A DNA stretch of 64,000 bases from the NCBI GenBank assembly GCA_964016885.1, contig OZ024751.1, forward strand, positions 27,652,001-27,716,000, given 5' to 3'. Source of the stretch: Eledone cirrhosa (taxonomy: Eukaryota). The translations under genes and the position numbers were made by a program. The notes under the pieces are model-generated. The model did not search any database, was not told the DNA's origin, and saw nothing but the letters and a program-made list of their open reading frames with translations. This document shows, in pieces, positions 27,709 through 40,130 of the stretch; within the stretch, counting starts at the first letter, position 1; the number at the start of each line of letters is the position of its first letter.

Positions 27709-30465
27709 ATGGCCTCTCTCAATAAATAGTATAAATACACGTGGCCTGGTGTCCCCTTGGAAGGAGGGACACCTGCTGAATGACCTCAGGTCACTGAACA
27801 TAGATGCTGTGGCCATCAGCGAAACCAGAATCTACAAGGCGCAATCCTTCGCTTCCATTTTCAGATGTGAATGCATCTCCAAGCTGTCAGGAATCTGGAG
27901 GTAGAGCAGCTGTGTTGTTTCGGAGAAGTGTGGATCTTACAACACAGGCCATTTTCCTACACCCAGAAGGTAGGTTGGTGGTAGTGGACGTGACCAACAG
28001 TGAAGGGCACACTATTAGGTTAGTGGTCGTCTATGCCCTGACAATTTCTGGGCGATTGGAACGGGATCTTGGATGCAGTCTGGGACTGTGTGGAACTAAC
28101 AAATAAGAGAGGAAGGTGTAGAATCCTTGCAAACCTGCTCAGATGCTTTCAACTGTTTGACAGGTACCAATTGGATTTCCTGAATGTGCCAATGTGGACA
28201 TGGACAAACCACATCGGGTCATCCAGATCATATTTAGATAGAGTATTTTGTAAGGAAGTAGATAGCTCTAGCATAGATTGTCCACAATTCAAGATAGTCG
28301 ACTACACAGACCACAAATTTGTGACCTGTGTGGTCGATCTAGATAGGCTCCATAGACAGGACCTGGCTACTGGAAACTCAATGTGTTACTTCCGGTGTGC
28401 AAAGCCTACAGAGACTGGATTAGTGAATTAGTTAAGTGGGCGTTGACGGGGGCAATCGTTAACAACAAATGGTGGTTTGCCCTGAAAAGGGCAATTTGAA
28501 TAGAATCCATTAGTTTCAGTCAAGCTGCAGCAATAAAGAAAAAAGGAGCAGAGGGAGAACTAGTTAGAAAGTTAGATGAGGCGCTTAATAAAGGCATTAC
28601 AACTGATGTGCTTGTGGCAAGATTGGCCCTCGAACAATTTTGCACTGCTAAGCATGAAGGCTGCATTGTCAGAGCTAGGATGCGTGCTCTTAGACACGAA
28701 GAGCCAAAAGCTGTTCAATGGGCCTGAGTGGTGGAGGCACTACGTGGCAACAAAGCCGCAATCCGGACTCTGGTTCACCATGATGTGAGCATGTTACTTG
28801 ATCCCAAGCAGATGTGTACGGTCTTTCAGCAGCACATTGCTCAACTGTTCGGAAGCAGTGGAGGACCGAATCATGAGATGGACTTTAGTACCTACCTTGA
28901 CTACCTGTTGCAGCTCTTGACAACAGAGGTGAAGTCCTGCAAAAGGCAGATAACAGCCACTGAAATGGGATGCAATGACTAACTGCACAAGGGGTAAATT
29001 ACCTGGTTTGGATGGTCTGCCCTACAAGCTTTACATTCACATGCCAGACTTGTTCAGCAACATCTGGACAGATGTCTACTACAACTGGAAGCAGAACAGG
29101 AGAATTCCCAGTTCTGTGAGCTGAGGAGTGGTGGCACTGCTGAGAAAGGATCCAAACAAGAGGGACTACACAAAAAATTGCAGGCCCATAACTCTGCTAA
29201 ATACATAATTAAAGATTTGGGCCAAGGTGTTTGTGATAAGGTTGGTGCTTATCATCAAGAGCCTGGTGTGTGAGGTGCAGACTTACACCATTCCAGACCG
29301 ATCCATTCATGACAACATCCACCTCATGCAATACATCATAGAAGGGGTAGCTAAGGAACCTAGTGTGGGTGGGGCCCTGATCAACTTGGATCAGTCAAAA
29401 TCATTCAATAAGGTCAACCAGTGATAGGTGGCGGCAGTCCTCAGTGCAGCCAGTTTTGGTCCCATTTTCAGAGGGTGGATTGCTGCAATACACAGTGACA
29501 TCTGCTCTGTGGTTAGAGTGAATGGTCACCCCTCAGAACCTTTCAACATTGTGCACTTGGTTCGCCAATGTTGTCCCCTGTCATCCTTGTTGTTTGTGTT
29601 GACTCTAGAGCCATTACTGCACAAAACAGAGACATTGAGAAGCATCCCAGGGGAACTAGGATGCGAGAGAACCATGTCAGCTTCTGCCGACGACGCCACT
29701 GTAATGGTGTTGAGTGCCAAACACATTGAAGCGGTTGGAACTGCTCTGAGAGAATACGAGGCGGTGACAGGAGCAAAAGTTAACCAGGAAAAGTTGGTGG
29801 ACCTGCTGCTCGACACCTGGAGAGGCTGGTCCGTGCAGTCCAACATGGATAGATCAGTTAAATTACTCAGAGTATGGTTTTGTCCAGATCTCCAGATGGA
29901 CAAAAACTGGGACGAGGTGATGAGCAGGGTGATCACTATCACCTAGAAATGGGTGGAGAGGAAGCTATCCCTGAAAGGTCAGGCAGAGGTGGTGAATGCA
30001 TACATCGCATCCGTCATCTACTACCACCTGACTATCGTGCCTCCTCTGACTGCACTAGAGAATTTGCTCTTTGGCTTTTTGTGGAAGGGATGTGCTTTGA
30101 TGGTCAGGCAGTCCATCTGCTGTCAATACCCATTACGTGGAGGGCTGAGCATGGCATGGCTGATGATGCGCTAAGACTACAACAACTCCAGGTGTTCTTG
30201 AACAGTGAACAGGTGTGGTCGCTATTTACTAGACATGTTTTTCCTCAGCTTGTCTTTTTGATGGAGCTGCAATCCTGGGTCAAATGGAGATGTAGGAGGA
30301 GCACTTGGTGGCTAGACTGTCTTCAGGCGCTCACAGCCCTCAGCTAATCGGGCACTACAATTGGTGGAAACTCCACCTTGGCATTCTATAGAGGATTTGT
30401 GATGGGTAAAAGTGACAGCGCTCTTGGGGAAACTTTGGGCATTGATGAAAATGAACTAGCTATTC
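27709..30465 (+). mobile_element. Tx1/L1-clade LINE ORF2 pseudogene (APE + RT)
   Basis: INTRGL..DAVAISETR and SYLDRVF..YTDHK (APE); GLDGLPY, RPITLLN, RSIHDNI, LDQSKSFNKV, VRQCCPLSSLLFVLTLEPL, ADDATV (RT); many stops and frameshifts. Confidence 0.88.
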
Positions 30466-30599
30466 CTTATTTGACACTAACCTCCAGTCAATTTGTTTCA
30501 TAAGATCAGCATGGACTTTCTTAGGAGTGCGAAGGCTAAGAGTAACTTTGGAAGAGACAATCCTGTGATCAGATCCCACGAGAAGGAGGAATAAGTTTC

Positions 30600-31690
30600 A
30601 CAGTCGCGTACATTGTTTCGTCATTTTTTCAGAAATGGGATATAATCCAATTGAGCTCTACTACCGATAGGGTAGGGGAATGACCAGAGCTTGGATTGGT
30701 CTTTCATGAAGCTATTTGTAGACAAGAAGAGTTCAAATTCATCAAGGAGTTGGTGAAGTATTTCACCATTTTGGTTTGTTTCGGTGTTGAAGGTGAATTG
30801 TACATTGTCAGGGCCTAGTTTGGCATTGAAGTCGCTTGCAATAGTAAGGAAATTATGGGCAGGGAAGTTTTCAATGACTGATCTCAGAGGCTGATAGAAA
30901 CAGGTGGCAGTTTCTTCATCACTGCTATTTGTTGGGCTATAGCAAGATATTTATGTGAGTTTGGGATTTGAATTGAACTTGGCAACCATTATTCTATAGT
31001 CTATCTTTACACTTTAGGAGAGGTTTTGATCTGCCTTCTGCTCTCTCAAGAACAGTCTACCTAGATGAATCCAGGTTGAAGACTGATCTGTCATTAGTCT
31101 CAGAGGATGAGGTGTGAGTTTCAGGAAAATCAGCTAAGGCAGGGGCTTGAACCCTGGTGCAAATCAACAAATAGTCCATTTTTTGATAGCTGGATACAAG
31201 TGCATGTTGCCAGGATTGCACAGGCCATTTTTAAGCTACTGACAGCACCTATTTAGTTCATAGATGGAAGCATTGTTGATAGGACTAGTTGGTTTTTCCA
31301 GGTTTCTGGGAGGTTTTCCTTCCTGGTATTTTTCTTTGGGACTCCATCTCCAGGCTGGTGGCATCTGCATAATCTAACTTTGCTTGGGCTCAAAATGGTA
31401 TTTGAGCCTTCACATACATGCATACACAGACACGTGTGCAATCAGTCCCATACCCACCCTCACCCACACAGAATATACATATTTACACACTATTCGATGA
31501 CTGATGTCTCTTATGAGTTCTTCCGCCCTTTGTCAGGTTCTGTTTTTCATCCCACAGGGTGTCCAAAATCACCCTCCTCACCAAGCAAGCTTGGTGGGGT
31601 TGCTGGTTTAGTCACCGATGACCCAACCATGCAACAGGTTGTATTGGGTTACATGTTAACAGTTGCACTCAAGAGCGACCTGATATAAGA
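30600..31690 (-). mobile_element. RTE-like LINE 5' part (structured 5' UTR and APE remnant)
   Basis: Minus-strand SCYSPTNSSDEE and SDFNA motifs; hairpin-rich leader at 31500-31690. Confidence 0.55.
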
Positions 31691-31699
31691 TCAGCGGCA

Positions 31700-32235
31700 G
31701 TGATATCAAGGAAGTTGAGGATTTCAAGAATCTTGGGTCCTGGATCATGAACTCTGGGAAGGATTTTGCATGCATGGTCAGCTTGCAACAAGATGGATCA
31801 AGTTTGGTGCTCAAATCTTTCCAGCCACACCAAAATCAGACTCTTCCAAGTAACAATTCCACCAATCTTACTATATGGAAGTGAAACATGGGCGTTTTCA
31901 TCCAAACAACAAAAGCGCTTTGATGGCACTTACACTGCCTGCTTCAGTTCATTCAGAACATAAGTTGGCGACATCTGACTTTAAGAGAGATATATGCTGG
32001 CCTCACACTCATATATGTCATTGTACGTAAAAGGAGAGTAAGATTTGCTGGCTATTGCCACCTATGAGGCTGTGTCCCCATTAGTGCTTTGGAAGCCACA
32101 AACAGTCAGTAAAAACAAGGGGACGTAGCTCTCCTATCCCGATGTCATCTCCAGAGATACTGCTATTTAAATCCAGGACTTGGCAACGGCAGTGAACGAC
32201 AAACCCACGTGGAGACCAATTGTTAAGTTGATTTC
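31700..32235 (+). mobile_element. RTE-like LINE RT C-terminal fragment
   Basis: VEDFKNLGSW, TKIRLFQVTIPPILLYGSETW, RFAGYC motifs. Confidence 0.75.
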
Positions 32236-32742
32236 ATCTGAGGTCAATGGATCATGATCTCCACCAGTTTGTCTTCAATCTCAAAGTTGAGTTATAATGT
32301 TCATCTAAAAAAGTTACTTCTATGTCAGGGTTTCTCAATTATGCTTCATGTTTGATTTCCTCAGACATGTCGACCCTGTAATTTAGTCAAAGCGTTGGTC
32401 GATTGATTGTCTCTCATTTTTTTAATATAATTGACAACAAATTTTGAATACTTTTGGCAGTCTGAGATAGAGATTCTTCTGCAAGTGTTGCTCCCCCCCC
32501 CCCCCTTTATTGTCATCTTCCAACAGACCTCTTCTACAAGTGTTGTCTCCCTTTGATTGTCAATCTCCAACAGACCTCTCCACAACCAAGTGTTGCCTCC
32601 CTTTGATTGTCATCTTCAACAGGTGCGTGTGTTTTTATTGGCAGCATGACCCTCCCAATGTATAACAATATGTGATTATATGTGTATATATATATATATA
32701 TATATACATATAACACATATATATATATATATATCTATATCA

Positions 32743-33139
32743 AATAATTGTTTCTACTTTTGGCACATGGCCAGCAATTACCCCAGTGTATTACTGGTAC
32801 TTTATTTTATCGACCCCGTAAGGATGAAAGGCAAAGTTAACCTCGGCGGGATTTGAACTCAGAATGGCAAGGGCCGTAACTCTATGAGTTAAAGCATGGC
32901 GTCCGACATTCTACCGATACTGCCAATCCACCGCCATATTTATATCAAATAATTGTTTCTACTTTTGGCACAAGGCCAGCAATTACCCAGTGTATTACTG
33001 GTACTTTATTTTATCGACCCCGTAAGGATGAAAGGCAAAGTTAACCTCGGCGGGATTTGAACTCAGAATGGCAAGGGCCGTAACTCTATGAGTTAAAGCA
33101 TGGTGTCTGACCCTCTACCGATACTGCCAATCCTCCGCC
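32743..33139 (-). mobile_element. Two tandem copies of the tRNA-derived SINE
   Basis: 32743-32935 and 32948-33139 are nearly identical; A-box TGGCAGTATCGGTAG and B-box GAGTTCAAATCCC. Confidence 0.92.
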
Positions 33140-33196
33140 CATATCTATATCAAATAATGGAGTTAAGACAGGGTTAAATCAGCATAATTGTTTATT

Positions 33197-33247
33197 GCAT
33201 TATATATATTTCTGTTACATGATTATTCATGTGACTTCGTCAGATAC
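33197..33247 (-). ncRNA. Minimal type-I hammerhead ribozyme
   Basis: Minus strand: GTAT-CTGACGA-AGTCACATGA(ATAA)TCATGTAACA-GAAA-TATATA-TA^ATGC-AATAAA. Confidence 0.7.
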
Positions 33248-33541
33248 GTATGCAACCATTGGTGCAGTTATACAATCATTGTGATATGCCGGTGGCCATG
33301 CACATCCATCCCATAGTGAAGTAGATCGGCATAAACTACTGACGTGTAGTGCTTTGGTTCGCTAGGACCTGCTTATCATCTCGAAGTTACTACGTAACAA
33401 CTAAGATAAACAGCACTCTTGTACAATATATATATATATATCGAATGTAGAAAGGTAACACACAAGTTGATATATATGAAAAACAAATAGTAGAAAATGC
33501 TGAAGAGATTCTTTCAGTGTAATATCAAAACGTTGATTTAT

Positions 33542-34528
33542 TTATAAAAAGGATCTTTCCGCACTTAGGCCCCTAAAGGCACTTGTGATCCTGGCCTTCA
33601 GATCGTCTTTCGTATTGCAGCTAGATCTGTTGGTGTCTTGTTCCACTGTACGCCACACAAAGAAGTCGAGCGGGTTGCAGTCAGGCGAGCTGGGCGGCCC
33701 GATGTCAGGTGAAGTGTGGTCGACGAAGTTCTCTGACAGCCAGGCTTGGGTCTTTTGGCTGGTATGGCAAGGCGCTGAGTCTTGCTGCCACACGTACGGC
33801 CTACCTGCAGCTACCTGGTCGATCCAGGGCTTTACTACCTCGCTCAGAACACAGATGTAGCCATCGGTGTTCAACTTGAGGCCCTCAGGGAAGAAGTGAG
33901 GTGGCATGACGTCACCTTGACTACTGACGACACCTAAGACCAATGTTGTTGCTGGAAACTTTGTCTGCATGACTGTGGGCACATCTTTGGATGAGACAGC
34001 GAGCCACCTGTTGTTCTGGGAGTTGATCTTCTGGTCTTGGCAGAAGTTTTTCTCGTCAGAGAAAAACTACAGCATGTCTGGCTCCAGTGGGTGTTTCAAC
34101 TTGTTGATCAACTTCTTTGCGTGCTTCAGTCGCTTTTCTTGCATCGCCTTTGACAGAAATTGTCCTTTCCTCATCTTGTATGAAACGTAGCGAATGTCTT
34201 CATGTACCACTAGTCTAATGAGCTTTTCATCCACACCTTTCTCCCTTGCAATGGCACGCATCGACTTGCTAGGTTCATTGTTGATGATATCCTGAACTTC
34301 AGCGACGAACTCGGGCGTTCTGAAGGCGTCAGATCGTCGATCATGTGTTTTCTTCTCTGATGTTGCTCCGTAGTTGAATCCTGAATGTTCCAATTCCTTT
34401 CTGACCTTTTCCACCATTCTCTTGCTGACGCTGAGAAAGTCTGAAATTTCCTTATTTGTCCTCCCGGCGCTGATTCCAAGAAGAACTCCGTGTCTCTTCC
34501 ACAAATTTGGAGGTTCAAAATTATTCAT
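33542..34528 (-). pseudogene. Tc1/mariner-superfamily DD37D (maT/mori) transposase pseudogene
   Basis: Two ORFs in the same frame separated by one TAG at 34067-69 (L*FFSDEKNF); WQQDSAPCH...PPSSPDCNPLD has 37 residues between the second and third catalytic D; N-terminal HTH-like region; C-terminus appears truncated. Confidence 0.9.
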
Positions 34529-34639
34529 AATCAATTATTCTGAAAATAAATAATGGAAATATAGTCACTGTTTTTATGAAGATAAGAGTGTGTGCATGTG
34601 TATATATATATATGTACATATGTATGTATATATATATAG

Positions 34640-34851
34640 AGGAACGATCGACTTTCGTCAAATCGGATCGAGGAAACATTTCCGCTGGTCTTTCCAGTTG
34701 CTAGTACTATCTATCGGTCGCAACTCCAGGTAGAAGGAGCAACGTGAAATAAAGTGTCTTGCTCAAGGACATAACGCATTGCCCGGTCCAGGAATCAAAC
34801 TCACAACCTCAAGATTGTGAATCCAATTCTCTAACCACTCAGCCATACGCC
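34640..34851 (-). mobile_element. CORE-SINE
   Basis: Reverse complement: GGCGTATGGCTGAGTGGTTAGAG head, GAGTTTGATTCC B-box, CCTTGAGCAAGACACTTTATTTCACGTTGCTCC core. Confidence 0.82.
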
Positions 34852-35139
34852 CTCATATATATGTATATGTGTGTATATATATGTATGTATTTATATATGT
34901 GTGTATGTATATGTGTATATATGTATTTGTGTATGGATGTGTATATACATATACGTGTAGGCGCCACAGAAAAAATAGCACCCAGCACTTACTGTAAATG
35001 AGGTTGGTGTTAGGAAGGGCATCCAGCTGTAGAAATCAAGCCAGAATTAGTTCCCGTCCCACCCTTGCAAGCAGGGAAAAGCCGGACGTAAAATGATGAT
35101 GATGATATATATATATATATACACACATACACAAATACA

Positions 35140-35720
35140 TACAGGAAACCAAACGACAACCTGCACTACATCCACCGCCGCTCTAACCATCCTAGAAACA
35201 TCACCAATAACCTGGTTAAAAACATCTCCCTCTGCATATCTCGTTAATGAGCAGATATTCGATGAACATGCGCCTTATTACAACCAGGCCCTCAAGCGAA
35301 GCGGCTTTCCGGAGGAAATCTCCTTTATCCAGCTTCCCTTAGTGGAACCAGCAGGCGACGCTGTCACTCACGCCACGTAGCGTGGTTCAACCCTCCCCAG
35401 AATGCCAAGGTGGCAACACCAATCAGGAAAATCTTCTTTAGGCTCCTCGAAAAACACTTCCCACCACAACACCGCTACCACAACATAATCAACAAAAACA
35501 CTATCAAACTCTCCTACAACACCACACCCAACTTTGCACAAAACATTGCCTCCTCAAAAACAAGAAACTCAACCCCTATGGAAGAAACAACCTAGACATT
35601 AGTGGAGAGCCGACCAGGAGATGTAACTGCCCTGATAGATCTATGTGCCCCCTCAACAAGAGATTTCGAGAACGTAATGTGATCTACCAATGCAACATGA
35701 GGACGGAAACCTCCAACAAA
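35140..35720 (+). mobile_element. Penelope-like element fragment (RT thumb, Cys linker, start of GIY-YIG)
   Basis: PYYNQALKRSGF, WFNPP, FFRLLEKHFP, INKNTIKLSY, then CNCPDRSMCPL..NVIYQC; this motif order is typical of PLE ORFs. Confidence 0.85.
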
Positions 35721-36059
35721 GGTGTTGGTTGTGGCGTGGTAGAGGTGGTGGGCAGTGGTGGTGGTTTTGCTACTGTTGCTGCTGCTGGTTTTGATGGTTG
35801 AGCCATAACTCGTATGAACTAATGACCAGGTAGAGGGTGGAGGATTGGTAGTATTGGTAGAGCATTGGATAACATGCTTTGCAGCATAGAGGTACATCCC
35901 TTTATGTTTTGATTTCAAATGCCACTGAAGTTTGCTTAGACTTTCATTGTTACATAAAATAAAGTTCAAAGAATGCACTGGGGTCAATTTAATCAACTTT
36001 CCCTCCCCAAAATTGTTGACATTGAGTCTAAATTAGAATCATTATTTATAATGCACAAG

Positions 36060-36251
36060 GGCAGTGGATTGGCAGTATTGGTAGAGAGTCGGACACCATG
36101 CTTTGAAGCATAGAGTTACGTCCCTTTATGATCTGAGTTCAAATCCCGCCGAGGCTAACTTTGCCTTTCATCCTTACGGGGTCGATAAAATAAAGTACCA
36201 GTAATACACTGGGTAATTGCTGGCCTTGTGCCAAAAGTAGAAACAATTATT
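36060..36251 (+). mobile_element. tRNA-derived SINE (a diverged copy lies at ~35838-36045)
   Basis: A/B boxes and body identical in layout to the 32743 copies. Confidence 0.85.
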
Positions 36252-36649
36252 TATAGGTTCATATGTTGGAGCAAGGAAATGATGGGTGACAGAGAAATTC
36301 AGCAAACACATTGGATTCAACAAATAGAAATACTCAAGAAACATATTTTCTAGAACACGATCTAAAGCCATCAGAGCAATAGAACTTTATTCCTTGTTCT
36401 CAAATACACTGATCCATACAATTGGAAAGTACTTGGGACTGCTCAGAGGGTGGAACTCTCTCAACTTAAGGGTATCAAAGCCCCCTACCCACCTGAGGGG
36501 ATATCTATTTAATTAATCTTTTAGAAAGGAATTGATTAAAACATTTAAAAAATTCTAAATTATATGTTAAAGGTATTCAAAGGTTTTTCAGTGATAATGA
36601 TTCCTATTATCTTAATTTACTCAAACAATATAAGATAACTATAGGTGAA

Positions 36650-37290
36650 ACGTATAGTACAGTTAATAGTGAGATACCTATAGATACAATATACTGTACA
36701 GTGAGAGATATCTATAGATATAACATACTGTACAGTGAGATTGTTATAGATATAACATACTGTACAGTGAGATAGCTATAGATATAACATACTGTACAGT
36801 AAGATATCTATAGATATAAAATACTGTACAGTTAATAGTGAGATATCTATAGATATAACTTACTGTAAGTTAACAGTGTGATAGCTATAGATATAACATA
36901 CTGTACACTGAGAGATATCTACAGATATAACATACTGTACAGTCAGATATCTATAGATATAACTTACTGTAAGAAAACAGATATCTATAGATATAACATA
37001 CTGTACAGTTAACAGTAAGATATCTATAGATATAAAATACTGTACAGTTAATAGTGAGATATCTATAGATATAACATACTGTACAGTGAGATAGTTATAA
37101 ATATAACATACTGTACAGTGAGATAGCTATAGATATAACATACTGTACAGTAAGATATCTATAGATATAACTTACTGTAAGAAAACAGATATTTATAGAT
37201 ATAACGTACTGTACAGTTAACAGTGAGATATCTATAGATATAACATACTGTACAGTGAGATATCTATAAATATAACATACTGTACAGTTA
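36650..37290. repeat. ~32-bp minisatellite built from two palindromes
   Basis: Unit TACTGTACAGTGAGATATCTATAGATATAACA containing ACTGTACAGT and ATATCTATAGATAT. Confidence 0.92.
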
Positions 37291-39523
37291 ATAATATGAT
37301 GTAATACCATGTTATTTCTCTTTACACAATTAACCTAGTTTATTATCAAGCTATAAATTATTGATTTTTCTATCACTAAGACACAAAGCTACCCCAGACA
37401 TAAATTAATGTCTTCCAGAAGACATCCTATATTTCTTCTTCTTTTCATCCACTGCTATTACTGTCAGTTAGAAAGGAAGGGCTAACACATTTTTCTGGGA
37501 AAACAGCAACAATATTTATTAGTTAACCATTTTTTTTTTTACCATATTTCTAAGGAAATACACTCTATTTCAATTAATTGATAAAGAATTTTGTGGGATT
37601 TGCTAAAATGATTAATTATTTCATTACTAAGATAGTATTTGCACCATAATTTAACAGATTATGTTGATTTTAATTTAGATAGCAGCCTGTTAAAATGAAG
37701 AGGTAGTAAATTGGGAGAATCATTAAAATGTCGGATAGAATACTTTGTGGTATTCATTCTGGCTCCCTCTACTCTCTGTTAAAATACCACCAAGGTCAGT
37801 TTTGCTTTTCATCAATTTAAGGTCGGTTCTTCCTCTATGTCTCTTTCTCTCTTCCTCTCTATCACTTCCTCCTTTTCTCTAGAAGAAATCAGCTATTTCC
37901 AGACCTAGAGAGTGATGGGCTCTGCCAGGTTTAAAATATCCTACATATGCTTTATGTCATTATGGCAACCCTGTGACTCCATCAGGAGTTACACATACAT
38001 ACATACTTTTAAAATAGGTGCTTTTGTTTCATAGAATTACAGTTTTGGATGAGTGGGTAATGAAAAGGGTTAATGATACCTCTTATTATGAAAGGTAATT
38101 TATTTCATTAGTGTTTGAGGTAAATAGATGTATGAAATTCATTTGGAAGATATTTATTTGAATTGGAACACTGAGTGGTTTTGTTTCATAGAACTGGATC
38201 TGATTTTGAAAGGGTTGGCAACAAAAGGCTTAAAAATTCTGTCTTTGAAATAATAAGGACTATATATTTGAAGTTACTCGATTTTAAGGCAGCATAATAC
38301 TTTTTTGTGACTTGAGACAGATATTACAGGCTGCAAATATAATTTACAACCTGTAAATATAATTTTACAGGCTGTAAATATAATTTACAGCCTGTAATAT
38401 CTGTTAATTTATCAGTCAACAATATTCACACTGAGTTATGTAATGAACAGTTAGCATCATCATCATCATCATTTTATATCCTTTTTCCAAGCAGGCATGG
38501 GTTGGAGAGGTTATCATACAAGACCAGATGGATTGAAGTGACCAATCTTGCTCATTACATTCCATAGATGTAGAAAATGTCCCTTAAAAAGGTATGTATG
38601 AGCAACATGTAGTTCCTCAACCCATTTAATCTCAGACTGTGACAACCCATCCAACCCATGCTACCATGGAACACAGTAGAACATAATGAGTCAACAGGTT
38701 TCAGCAATACCATGTCTATGGGCTTTCCTCATAGCAGTCAAGTTGAAGTCTTTCTTTGACTGCTCTTAAATAGGAGTAACTATTTTCTCACATCACTTTA
38801 TCAGTATCTTTCAAACAGTGTGCTTCAAAATTATTCTCTGATGTTTAAAAATGTATTCTTTTTACATAAACATCCAGTTGCCTTTCGGAGCAATTGAGAA
38901 ATCTGAAAATGTAGTGGTCCAAACGCAAATGACTATAATAATAGTTTATCACTGTGTATAAGAACTGAGTAAAGTATTCCTGAAGATGAAAAAATATGAA
39001 CAGAGGTGCCATAATGGTCCCTCTGTGGGGCCAGCTGTTATTACATTTGCTTATGTTTGTGGATATCATTGGCCTGAGTCCACCTTGTAAGGTGGTCATT
39101 CTGGTGCCATGATAAAAAGGACCCAGTCCACACTAGCTTGGTTGGCATTAGGAAGGGCATCCAGCTGTAGAAATTGAGCCAAAATATAGATCTGTATGAG
39201 CAAGAAGTGGTCCCCTGACCTGGATTGTCTCATAACATGACAACACATCTAACCCATGCAAGTGTGAAGATGTTAATGATAGATATATACATATAAATAT
39301 TATTGAGGTAATGGTCCGACCATAAGCTCTGCATCTGTGTTTTCAGCTTTAATTTCTAAGGTAGAGCATGCGGTAAGAGCTTTTTCTCATTAATATCCCC
39401 CTCTGTATTACATCATGAACTGAATACTACTATGATTTGTGGCCTTCCTAATCTTCACACTGAGGAGACTTTATATATATTTCGTTTCTGGTAACATGAC
39501 CCTCCCAAAGTATAACAATATAT

Positions 39524-39862
39524 GGAGGCACATGGCTTAGTGGTTAGAGCATTGGCCTTGCAATCGAAAGGTTGTGAGTTCAATTCTCAGACCGGGTGAT
39601 GTGTTGTTTCCTTGAGCAAGACACTTTATTTCACATTGCTCCAGTTTACTCAGCTGTAGAAATGAAATGATAGGGACTGGGGTCCCTATCATTCCACTGC
39701 AAAGTGGTCATGTAGGCGCCACGGAAAAAAAGCACCCAGCACTCACTGTAAATGAGGTTGGTGTTAGGAAGGGCATCCAGCTGTAGAAATCAAGCCAGAA
39801 TCAGTTCCCGTCCCACCCTTGCAAGCAGGGAAAAAGCGGACGTAAAATGAAATGATGATGAT
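39524..39862 (+). mobile_element. Full-length CORE-SINE with RTE-derived tail
   Basis: tRNA head (TGGCTTAGTGG, GAGTTCAATTC), CORE domain, then tail CCCGTCCCACCCTTGCAAGCAGGGAAAA-GCGGACGTAAAATGA matching the RTE 3' ends at 53427 and 63530. Confidence 0.9.
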
Positions 39863-40037
39863 ATATATATAATGAATAAAAAGAACCAGGGTTTAATTAA
39901 ATTATTTAATAAATTTCCGATTGTTTCTTTCAAATACAGAAGGAAATATCATTGTATTCCTCTGTACTGTAAAGATGTTTGTGTTTTCAAAATGGAGATG
40001 TTTGTACATGTGGTTGGTAAATAAATATGTTTTTTGT

Positions 40038-40130
40038 ATTGTTTAATGATTCTGAGGAATTCAGTATAGAGGAATAAAATAGTACTTCCTTCTGTATTTG
40101 AGAGAAACATTCGTAAATCTATTAAATAAT
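40038..40130 (+). ncRNA. Type-I hammerhead ribozyme (degenerate stem II base)
   Basis: ATTGTTTAATGATT-CTGAGGA-stem II-GAAA-C(ATTC)G-TA^AATC.ATTAAATAAT; 14-bp stem I with one bulge; an inverted partial copy lies at 39878-39969. Confidence 0.65.
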
